Below are positions 13,504-24,400 of a stretch of 64,000 nt of DNA, piece by piece. Numbering within the stretch: position 1 is the stretch's first letter; every line of letters starts with the position of its first letter. The notes under the pieces were generated by a model that made no database searches, was not told the DNA's origin, and saw nothing but the letters and a program-made list of their open reading frames with translations. The translations under genes and the position numbers were made by a program. The stretch is taken from assembly GCA_002633005.1 (NCBI GenBank), contig NMRA01000213.1, forward strand, positions 589,529 through 653,528, given 5' to 3'. Origin of the DNA: Phoronis australis. Lineage: Eukaryota > Animalia > Phoronida.

Positions 13504-14604
13504 TTAAATCCGTTGTTGTTTTCGTGAACATATGCTGTTACTTGCTATCATGGAGAACACAAATGTTGTATTGCACAGATTCAAACGTATCGTTGAATTG
13601 AAACTCGTGATATTATTATACGATTTTAGTGGAAAATAAGATAAGAAACTTTGGTAATTATTGAAAATCTCACCCAAGTGACTCCATTTGCGCAGAAAGT
13701 GCTATTTTGTTATCCCAAAGTCCATTCTTCCAAAATGTTGGCGGTACAGGCACGTGGAAATGTTGAACCACTACAATGAACGTAGTTCTTTATCCTCGTC
13801 GCCAATATTGTTATGTAGACACTAACGCAGTGATTTGATATAAAAAATGCATGTATATATTCTGAATGCTTGAGAAATATAAGATGCATGCAATTACTCA
13901 GTGGAAAGGGTTATCGTTTTGAACTGAAACTCAACTCTGCTTCATAGCGAAGTTCACGGTAAAATCGGAATTACGTAATTAACATCATTCTAGTCCCGTC
14001 CCAGGCTGTGTTTTGTAGACCATTAAACTGCGGCGAGAAATGTTTTCTTATGGAACAACAGGAATATTGAATTATTTCCCATGATGAATTTAATCTCATG
14101 ATGCAGCATTCCAAACTCACCGACCTATCACTCCAGTGACGACTCGCCTTGTAACCAATATTCACGAAGCACTTGCCTTTTTCTTTCGTTATGCCTGTTT
14201 TCACTCTAGAAACTCGATCTACATGTACGCAACTCGCACCTGGTGATTTTGGTCACAGCACATGGGTGCAGTTGTGAAGTCTCCTCAAGGGCAAAGCAAG
14301 TACAAGGTTGCAATGCTTATAAAATAACACGAAAAAGTTTGCTTTTCTTTGTTAGCTAGCTGCATTTACTAAACCGTTATCACGTTTTTGTAATTATATT
14401 CTTGCAGTTTCGAAGCAAGGTATATCTCTTTCATTTTTCCAATAGATAATAGTGGTCCGTGATAACGGCATTTTATATTCTGACCGTACATACCGGACTG
14501 TAGGCTGAATGTAAACAAGAAAAAGTCATGTCTAAACAGAAGTGAAAGAAGTAAGACTGTGATTCTATCATTTAAAGATGTGTGTATTTGTTCTTGCACG
14601 TTAG

Positions 14605-14694
14605 GGAATAATGTCGGCCACGATGGTTCATCCAATTACTTCCGCCCGGGCAAAACCAAAGGAACACTGCATTACTACAATTACACCCACGCCG
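14605..14694 (+). CDS. Candidate upstream 90-nt exon (phase 1-1) of the mosaic lectin gene
   Basis: ttcttgcacgttAG acceptor and ccg|GTAAGT donor; open frame NNVGHDGSSNYFRPGKTKGTLHYYNYTHA. Length, frame and donor are conserved in the paralogous copy at 63387-63476. Confidence 0.5.
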
Positions 14695-15351
14695 GTAAGT
14701 CATAAGGAAACTACACTATAATTGCAAAGTTAAACTGTTCTTGCGGCTGATTAAGAACCAGTCTGAACTCATTGTTATGAAAAACTCAAACGACGACACA
14801 TCTTTGGATCCTCGTTTTGTTAAAGTTCTCAAAGAAGCATATAGCGTGGGAAGTAAAGTAAATTCTAAAACGCTTATTTTACGAGGTCATCTGTGGTAAT
14901 TATAACAAATTGCCAGCTGTCACGTAGTGTAGCCTCGTTTGAGGTGGAATGTTACACATCTATCAGTTTTAAAAAAATAGTAAATTGATGAAAAACACAG
15001 CTAGCGCTTTATTTTAGACGTTGGTTTATTTCTTCAGATAAACAAAATGCCCTGTGCGATACTCGAATTGATAATATTCACAAAATGTGAGAGCACGGAC
15101 AGGAGCTGGCATCTTTAACAAACTACTGGTTTTAGCCTAAACTACGTGGTAGTGCAGTAGCCAAGTGTCATCTAGATACAAACAAAGACCGTGAGAGAGT
15201 TAATGTATTTTTGAACCCTCGTATCTGATGTAGACGTTTACTTGAATGGCATTGTTCTTGAGGGTATATGGACTCTTTTAAGCAACCTCATCGAAAGCCT
15301 TCGTACACATAATTTTAGTTTGACGAGCATTTTATTCAATCATATTTGTAG

Positions 15352-15627
15352 CTACAGAGGTCGCTTGTGAGCGTAAAGAAGCATCCCCAAAGTGCTCCAG
15401 TGGCGTAATAGAAGTAACTTTTGCACTGTACGGGAGGCAAGACACAACGACGTGCCATGACAATAATATGGCGAACACAAATTGCACAGCATCCGGTTTT
15501 CTTGCTAAAGCACAGTCTGCTTGTGATGGCCATGTCACGTGTTCAGTAAAAGGGTCACACGCTCATTATGGAATTCCAGACCCGTGCCACGGGACGCACA
15601 AATACATCACAATCGCTTACCTGTGCA
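15352..15627 (+). CDS. Exon: SUEL / rhamnose-galactose-binding lectin domain
   Basis: TEVACERKEASPKCSSGVIEVTFALYGRQDTTTC...C...CDGHVTC...DPCHGTHKYITIAYLC, with the YGR and DPC-x-GT-x-KY signatures; tgtAG and GTACGT, phase 1-1. Confidence 0.92.
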
Positions 15628-16411
15628 GTACGTATATGTTTATACACAAGCGGAGACAACCTAGATTCCCATCTCTTTCAGATTAGAAATGACTTCCGAT
15701 TTTGAGAAGAGCTGAAAGATTGTTCTTGCTTGAGACCGTGCAAAAATGACCAGCCTGGTTAACTAAGGGCTTATAAATTGCTGCTGTTTCGTAGCCGAAT
15801 CTGCGTTTTGCTTCAGCCACACCAGCATACACGTATATTTTCATGAATGTAACTGACTAGCAAAAGAATTAGTAATTATTAAGACCACATAAGTGAATAC
15901 AAGTCAAGGCTCAGCTACTACTACCTACAATATTTGACACTATTCATTGTTTATACTCTGGGTGGTGTTTTGCTTTAGGACTGCCAACGAATTCATTCCA
16001 AGTTTACTCTACCGAAAACGTGACCATGACCGGGAACAATATAACGACGGTAAGCGCGTCCAGCGAACATGCCTGTGCCTCTTACTGTGCTAATGACACT
16101 CAGTGTAAATCCGCAGACTACACACCTGCCACATCCGATTGCGTATTCAAAACTGCAAACGATTCGCTGTCAACATTCAACTACGACACAATACGGACAC
16201 AATCTGGAGTCAAGCATTTGGAGTTTCAATTCACCGATGGCAAGTCAAATTCTACTTACAGTTCATTTAGACTGTGTATCAGGCATCATTCTGGGTACAT
16301 GTAAATGGTCTCCCACAGTAACTTACCAGCAGATATATTTATGAATGAGTATATTGAAGTAATGGTGGTAATGGCGATTATAATAAATGTGGTGGTGATT
16401 AATGTGACAAG

Positions 16412-16455
<44 letters not shown>

Positions 16456-19400
16456 TGATGATGATGATATTAGTGGTTTGGATTGTTTTCAGAAACTGGT
16501 TGTCCAAGAGGCTGGACTATGATTGGGAACAGAAGGTGTTTTGTTGTTGCCGGCTCCAGCACATTATCTGTCACGCAAATGCAAGCCTTCGAGTACTGCG
16601 CGAGTAGAGGGGCCCTACTCGCCGTGATGGACTCTTTTGTGGAGCAGGATGGGATAACAACATTAATAAAAATGTGAGAAATGGTTGATTTGTGTATCGT
16701 TAAATTTACAGAAGTTGCATTTTCATTATAACGCCCAATGAGTCTAGCAATTTACATCCATCCAAGTTCTTCCACAGCAGTACAAAAGAGAGTGCGAAAC
16801 ACACTTCCCGGAAGAAACATTGCTGTTGTTACATTATAGATGTTGTAGTACTTCTTTTTTGGTTTGGAAATGCGATCAATCGCTGGCGTCAAAACATCCT
16901 TCGCGGGCACTTAGCCTGTTTTCGCTATCACACAATGTCGCCTGCGCAAAGATTTGTGGTAAATCCTCAAGTGCCGAGACTTCCCAGGTGTACAGTTTAC
17001 AGCCGGAACCACAATGAAAATGCATGCCACATAGTTGTTAATGTGTGTTTGTGAAAAGATAAGTGGAATTTGTGGATGTACTGTAAAATGATTTCGGTTA
17101 GACGGTGAACGTATTAATCGGTATTGAATTGGTTACTGTTCTTTACTTCATTTGAAAACCAAAAACAGGTCAAGCTTTTCTGCAATGAATAAACCTGTTA
17201 CACTGCTCTTCATTTGAAGGATACCCTAATGAATCAGGTTCCTTATTTTTCCAGGTACGCCGCGTCTCATGACATCGTTGTTGCAAATTATTGGATGGGA
17301 ATTACTAAAATTAACTCGACATTTTCCGGAAACTGGAGCACATATAACGGCAACATATTCAACAACAGTTTTACCAACTGGCGGAGTGGTGAGCCAAATG
17401 AAAGGGAAAACACTTGTGTCAAGATGAATTGCAAGGACCATGGTTGTAAATGGGAAGATGCGAGCTGCAGCGAACAAAACAACATAGTATGCGAAATGGA
17501 AGGTGTGTTTATGTAGAGGTTATTATGCCATGTCGCATCCAGCTCGGTCCTAGAAGCTCCGCGGATATCATATTTATTTCCATAATTAGAAGCAGAGCAG
17601 TGATGAGACAGGTATAACAGATTAGTGCATTATTAATATCACAATTGATTTTTTGTATTTTCAGCTATCATTTCCTTTTCTTTTTAGTCGATGTCAGACA
17701 AGGTCGAATATTAAGGTCCCACACCTAGGTCGTACAAAACGATGACCACAGACACTTGACTATGACCGCTGTCTTTATAAGAGCAAAAGTGCGACTTACA
17801 TGAAGATAAATTTGCCCCCAACAACTTCATGAGCCATTTTTATAAACGGGGTGACTCTAAATGTTTAATACGCGTTAGTGAATCTGCAAATACGATAACA
17901 TCGGATCATTGATCAAACGCTTCACCTTTGGTAAGTTATTAAAGTGTGTGGAGGTCTGTAAAGGGCTTTCGTCATTCAGAGATCCGAATGACAAATGCAC
18001 GTACACGTTTATTTTTTTGCCTAAAGTCTACTCGGGATCCTGGAGAGGAGACGTCCAACGTACATGTAGTGTTCTTTAACAGTGTGAAATGTAGAAAGAT
18101 CTTACCATTGTACTGCATGAGTTGCATACATGTTCACTGCTTTTAGCTCAGGGACCCATCAAAGGGGGCTGGGGTGAGTTCGGACCTTGGACGTCGTGTT
18201 TACTAAGTGAGAATCGCACGCGAACCAAAATGTGCAATAATCCAGCACCAAGTGGCGGCGGCTCCTATTGCCAGGAAAACAGCTCTAATACGGAGACCCA
18301 GTCTTGTCCAACTCAGGCAAAGTTGAGGATGAGCTATTACGACGAAGTCTCTGGTAAGAACATCATAAAACTCGTCGCTGGTTTATAGGGTTCTTATTGA
18401 AACAACACGTGCTCCCGCTGTGTGCATTTCTGATTTGCATCGTTTTGCATACATAGCTAATCAACTCGCCTGAAATTCCAGTCATCATGGGACTGCGATC
18501 AACGGCACCTGTCCACACGCACTTCATCAAAGTAGCTTAATAAACTGCATAATTTTGACTGAAGTATCAACAGTGTGACGCTCCTGATACCATTGTTTGG
18601 TTGTATATGGAATTTTCTCTATAATTTTAAAATCGACTATTTACTTAAGTACTGGTGTTTGGTCTGACTACAATTCTATGGGAAGCATTAGCATGTCGGA
18701 GACAACAGAGTTCCTGCACGCCCTTCTTTATCTCGTATCAATACACCAATTGAAAAATAAGAATATTATTAACAAATCATGGTTGGGCGAATTACAAATA
18801 CATGCTGCCTTCGCAAGTCATGTGAATACACTTTAACGAAGCAGAACTTCTTGTGTTCATCAGGGGACTGTTTCATGAAAGTGATCTTTGTGCTCACGAG
18901 GTTAATAACTATTCACTCACCGTGTACTATTAACCAGCGTTAAGCGTTTTATTTTGATGTTGATATCGCTTAGAAACTAAATCTTTTAAAGACTGAGTGC
19001 AATGTGAAGAAAATTTGACTGGTCTACCTGTGATAGCAATACCTTCATTTGTTAATTAGATGTTTATCGATGTTTTCGCTAAACGAATGTACCCCTAAGT
19101 TTAATCTTGTGGCGGGGAAAGTGAGATGCCTTTGGCGTGTATGAGACAACAGACGGTCCTGTACGCCCTTCTTTATCCATGCTCGTATCAATACACCAAT
19201 TGAAATATTAGAATATTTCAAACAAATCATGGTTGGGCGAATAAAAAATGCATGCTGCCATCGGAGGTCATGTGGTTGTTTATAAAGAAATAGGCAATAC
19301 TTTGTGTCACAAATCATAAAAGTGCGCGTACCTGACAGTCGAAAATACGTTATTTTCTTTAAGCAATCGAATATGGGTGCTATGTCGACAGTGATCGGCG

Positions 19401-21394
19401 AGATCTCCCAAATAGGCCTAACACTACAATACCTGAACTTACTCCATCAAAGTGCCGGGAAGCGTGTCAGGATACCGGCTACAATTACGCAGCGGTTCAA
19501 GCTGGCTACCAATGTTTCTGTGGCAACTCTTATGGTAGCAAGGGCAAAGCTTCCAACTCTGAGTGTAGTTTTGATTGTAAAGGTGACAGAACGCAGAAGT
19601 GTGGTGGGTCGTGGAGAAACTGGGTGATGCAAGCTACAACAGGGGCAGGTACGTGAATACACTTAAACGTAGCAGTGCGTTTTGTGTTCAGCAGGGGAAT
19701 GCTTCATGAAAATGCTATTTGTGGTCACCAGTTTAATAACTGTTCACTCGCCACGTACTCTTAACCAGCGTTAAACGTTTTATTTTGATGTTCATATCGC
19801 TCAGATAATAAATCCTTCAAAGACTGAGTTCAATGTGAAGGAAATTTGACTGGTTTACCTGTGACAGCAATACCTCCATTTGCCAATTAGATGTTTGTCG
19901 GTATTTTTCCTTGACGACAATGTTCCCCTAAGTTTAATCATGTGGCGGGGAAAGTGAGATACCTTTGGCGTGTCTGAGACAACAGACGGTCATGTACGCC
20001 CTTCTTATCCATGCTCGTATCAATACACCAATTGAAATATTAGAATATTTCAAACAAATCATGGTTGGGTGAATAAAAAATGCATGCTGCCATCGGAGGT
20101 CACGTGGTTGCTTACTTTGTGTCACAAATCATAAAAGTGCGCGCACCTGGCAGTCAAAAATACTTTATTTTCTTTAAGCAATCGAATATGGGTGCTATGT
20201 CGACAGTAAGTCGCGAGATATCCCACATAAGTCTGAAATACGTGAACTTACTCCATCAAAGTGCCGGAAAGCGTGTCAGGATACCGGCTACAATTACGCA
20301 GCGGTTCAAGCTGGCTTCCAATGTTTCTGTGGCAACTCTTATGGTAGCAAGGGCAAAGCTTCCGACTCTGAGTGTAGTTCTGATTGTGAAGGTGACAAAA
20401 CGCAGAAGTGTGGTGGGTCGTGGAGAAACTGGGTGATGCAAGCTACAACAGGGGCAGGTACGTGGATACACTTTAACGTAGCAGTACGTTTTGTGTTCAG
20501 CAGGGGAATGCTTCATGAAAATGCTCTTTGTGGTCACCAGGTTAATAACTGTTCACTCGCCATGTACTCTTAACCAGCGTTAAACGTTTTATTTTGATGT
20601 TCATATCGCTCAGATAATAAATCCTTCAAAGACTGAGTTCATTGTGAAGGAAATTTGACTGGTTTACCTGTGACAGCAATACCTCCATTTGCCAATTAGA
20701 TGTTTGTCGGTATTTTTGCTTGACGACAATGTTCCCCTAAGTTTAATCATGTGGCGGGGAAAGTTAGGTGAGTTTACCTACATGTAAAGCGTAAACTGAC
20801 ATTTTGAAAAATAGTAAAGCGTTGTTTACCGGAAACACCTTAGCGGCATGCAGTGGGTATCATGACGGTGGGGTATAAAAACCAGGCTGAAGACTTAAAC
20901 TCGGCTTTCTTAAACCTGAGATGTACTGTAACTTGCATTTCACCATCGTGGTTTAAAATCCTGAAAGTCAGTTTTGTCGAGACCAGGGAGCGGATTTGGT
21001 AAAACCAGTTATAAAGAATTATGGGATCTTACTGTTCGATCTGCCACGGCGTTAACTCGACAATGACGCTATTGAAGTGCTTAATGGAACCAGGTGGGTC
21101 TGTTAACAATAACATCAGTAGAGGTCTGGCAAATGTTCTTCTGAGGAACTAGGTTTCTTTACCGTAGAGAATAGGCCTATTTTTTAGAGAATCATAAAAC
21201 TTACGCCAATTCGTCTCAATGTAAATAACAAGTTTGGATAACTATTGTTTCAGTCACCTTGGTTGCATAGATCCTGGGACAGTTAAAGAAATTTTGGAGA
21301 TGCTAAAACATGAAAGCCAAACAAAATTTCATCTGAAAACAACACAGTGAAGGACGCAGTGGCCTCCAACATTTTTTTTCTGATAACTGCACCC

Positions 21395-21444
<50 letters not shown>

Positions 21445-24400
21445 AACCCATGATAAGTCGCAACGCAATCAATGCCATTTTACCTGTCATTTTTGCTACT
21501 TATTTTTTGGTGGTCTGGCCCGGTTTTCCCTAAATCCGCTACTGGGACTAAAAGAGGTGAACCTCAGTGTGAAGCATCAAGTGGTGTTAAACCTCATTGG
21601 AGATGTTGCCGTCTTTAGTCCTACATGACGACGAAAATCTGTCCAATCATTCGTATTCTTAGGAATCACGGTGCAAGTGGTACTGGTCTACTGTACGTTT
21701 GAATGAGCTTGTTGTCGTAAAAGTGAAAATATTCCACTATCGCTCTAAAATTGCGTCCGTGATGCACTCCGCGTCGTCGTTTTTCAGGCACATGGTTGAG
21801 CACAACTGTATCGTAGAGGTCTTTCAACTTTAACCTGCGTCTGACCAAGACTTAAGTTAAACTTTGCTTTTGATATTGGGCTAAGGAAATCAGCCCTGGG
21901 TTATTATTTATGCTGGAATTAAACCAGGTTCTAGATGACAACTGGACTAAAAGTCATGTCGCTTAAATGCAGGTTATCTTTAAACGTGGTCCATTCCTAA
22001 TGTAGAACAAGTTTTACTTGAAACCATTTTGATGAATGCTCCAGACGCGAAACAACAAATAGTATGTTGGCATCAAATGACTTAATCCATCATTTTGCAT
22101 TCTGTGATTTTAATACCTGCTTTGTATCATTTCAGTATGTAGTGGTACTGACAGATTCCAACTAATTATTGTTGACAAAGTGGCATTTAGCGGACATGCC
22201 ATTGAAACGGTCAGTAATGTCGACAGTGAACTAAACTGCGCCATTTTGTGCCTGAATGACGCAGAGTGCCAGTCTGCGGATTACTCCAGTGTGTCGTCCA
22301 CGTGCACTTTCTTAGATGTCACGTGGGATAACCAGATGTTGTCTTCCAATTCCTTGGCAGAGAAGTCTCAGATGGCGCATTTAGAATTTCAATGTTCCTT
22401 AGGTAAAATATCATCAAAATAATTTGACACCTTTATAGGCTTTGCAAAATCAAATAGAAAACGAAAAGCCAAGAGTACAATGAATCCATATCCGCAAGGA
22501 AAGGGCAGCCAGTGAGATTCGTTGCTGTTGATAAATGAGTCCACAATGCAATAAAGTTGCTTGCCCTCGCAGTCAGTGTTGGGAACGGGACAAGAAACGA
22601 AATGAAATAGCAGTACATTTCGAAAACAAAACCGATCTTAATCTTTCTTGTCTCTAGTTTTGCTTCAATAAGCCTGAAAATTTGTTAGGTTTTTGTGCTG
22701 CACATTTCATTTGCTAGTCTCTGGTGGGTTGCTGGTGAAATGAGGTTGGTATTCACGTGCTCATCGACTGGACATGCGCCTGTATGGTGTCTTTTTTTTG
22801 TTTTCAGTTGTTTCCGTACACAGTATATCATTTATTAAATTGTATGAAATGTACCTACTCAACAATTTATTTCATCATCTGACTTTTTTGAAAAAGTGGT
22901 CTCAGATATATGGATTTTGTTGTACCTCGAATGAGCATTTAACAGATAGCATGATAGTCGTCATATGGTAGAGTTGTAGAATCCTCTGTCGTTCGGCGCA
23001 AGCAACATCGCTAGTAGACGTATAGGCCCTACAGTATGTTTGATATTCTGAGATAACTTCATTTCAAGAGTATTTGGAGCGGACGAAACTTGTGCTCACC
23101 ACAGATGTTAGTAACCAACAGTGGAGTATTCAGGGTGTGGTAGGGGACACTCCATAACCGTCCAGGATCAAGTTGTCTACGTACATGTAAGCCATAAAAA
23201 TGGAACTGCCAGCGCCATCCTTTTCGCCAGGAATTCGACTTTTAGTAGATAGCTGCCAGCTTTTCAAGCAAAGATCACTTGCGTCCAGTTTCGTTGATTC
23301 TAGATTAGATGACTCATATCCGTCAAATCCATGCTTTGTGATGCGCAAGTGTCTGTTTTTACTGTGCAGAAAAGTCAGTGTACACATGTGTACGTTACGA
23401 CATCTTTCAGATCACCAATGTATTTTGCAGATCTGGGCTGCCCACCTGGGTTCCATCTTTACGACAACTCCAAATGCTACGCTTTAACAGGATCAGATTC
23501 TCTGAAGGTAGCCTTCACAGAAGCGATAGACTATTGCTACGCCAGGGCAAGTCAACCGGTGTTTGTAGACGACGTCGAAGAGAAGAATGACATAATTGCT
23601 TTTACAAATAAGTACGTTAAACAATACATATGCTGGACATTTTGAGCGAAACCACTTAGAAAAAAACAACAAACAGAGTTGTATGTGTTGTATACGTGTA
23701 GGCAAAGTGAGACAAATGTATCACTTGCTGAAATCGTTGTACGACTCTTAATCTATTTTGTAGTTCGAGAATGTATTGTTGTCTAAGCTTAACGTTCGAC
23801 AACCTTTAGGGCGTGGTATAGACGAAATTTTCTTTTTAGGACCGACCATTACTTTAAGTTTTTAAGAGCCTGAGACACCCAACAGAATGTTGTAACCTCA
23901 ATCGCTGACACTCTCAGCCGCGTACTTGTGTCCTTGAGCCAGATATTTTACTTTTGTAGCTGCAGTCGATGTGCATGTATTAGTCGCGGCTGGAAAGTAA
24001 CCCGTGGACCAGTGCACTGCTGGCAGTGTTCCGTCCGGGCTCATGCTATCGAAACAGAAGTCAATTACATGTACCTGTCCAATGAGTATGGCGATTCATG
24101 AAAGATTAGCTTTGTTATTATCGAGAGTACGCTAGTGCTTAGATAACCGTGTCCTTAAGTAATCCTGTACCCATGCCTGCTGTTCAGACATGAACTGAAA
24201 GTTTGTTTGGTACTAGTTACTTCATATCCATTTATAACGCGGCTTCGTCAAAGATTACTTCTTAAATGTTTGCTAATGAAACATCCCGTGTTTCAATTCA
24301 TTAAGATTCCCCTGAAAATCACTTACCGGAGTTTCGCTTCTTGTGTATTCCTCATTGTTAGTTGTTTATCATCATCGGGGAAACATTACCCCCTGCAACC

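Larger units (their letters stand above)
12708..13531. mobile_element. Penelope-like element 3' end as a near-perfect palindrome (392-bp arms, 40-bp spacer)
   Basis: Arms 12708-13099 and 13140-13531, with about 2 mismatches seen. The minus strand reads CAGCGSSYIGETVRHLKTRTKEH...LKIREALHI...KPNLN, a GIY-YIG endonuclease C-terminus. Confidence 0.92.
1..15222 (+). repeat. Copy A of a tandem segmental duplication (patchy homology)
   Basis: 1-115 ~ 53568-53680; 722-1050 ~ 54396-54950; 1775-2104 ~ 54965-55295; 7162-7370 ~ 55296-55420; 13850-15222 ~ 62655-64000; same order and strand. Confidence 0.9.
18700..20763 (+). repeat. Tandem repeat of the ~810-bp WSC exon cassette (one exon-less unit plus two full units)
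   Basis: Intron sequence repeats at about 18700-19140, 19140-19975 and 19975-20763. Confidence 0.9.

Noticed and set aside
16286-16607. Poly-Val and poly-Thr ORFs suggesting a transmembrane or mucin segment
   Set aside because: They are translations of an intronic (GAC)n(GAT)n microsatellite.
19304-20537. Listed ORFs 19304..19627, 20080..20436 and their antisense partners
   Set aside because: Off-frame or antisense shadows of the WSC exons; the third + frame carries the domain.
21283-21628. TH-repeat and CV-repeat ORFs
   Set aside because: They are translations of a (CA)n microsatellite.
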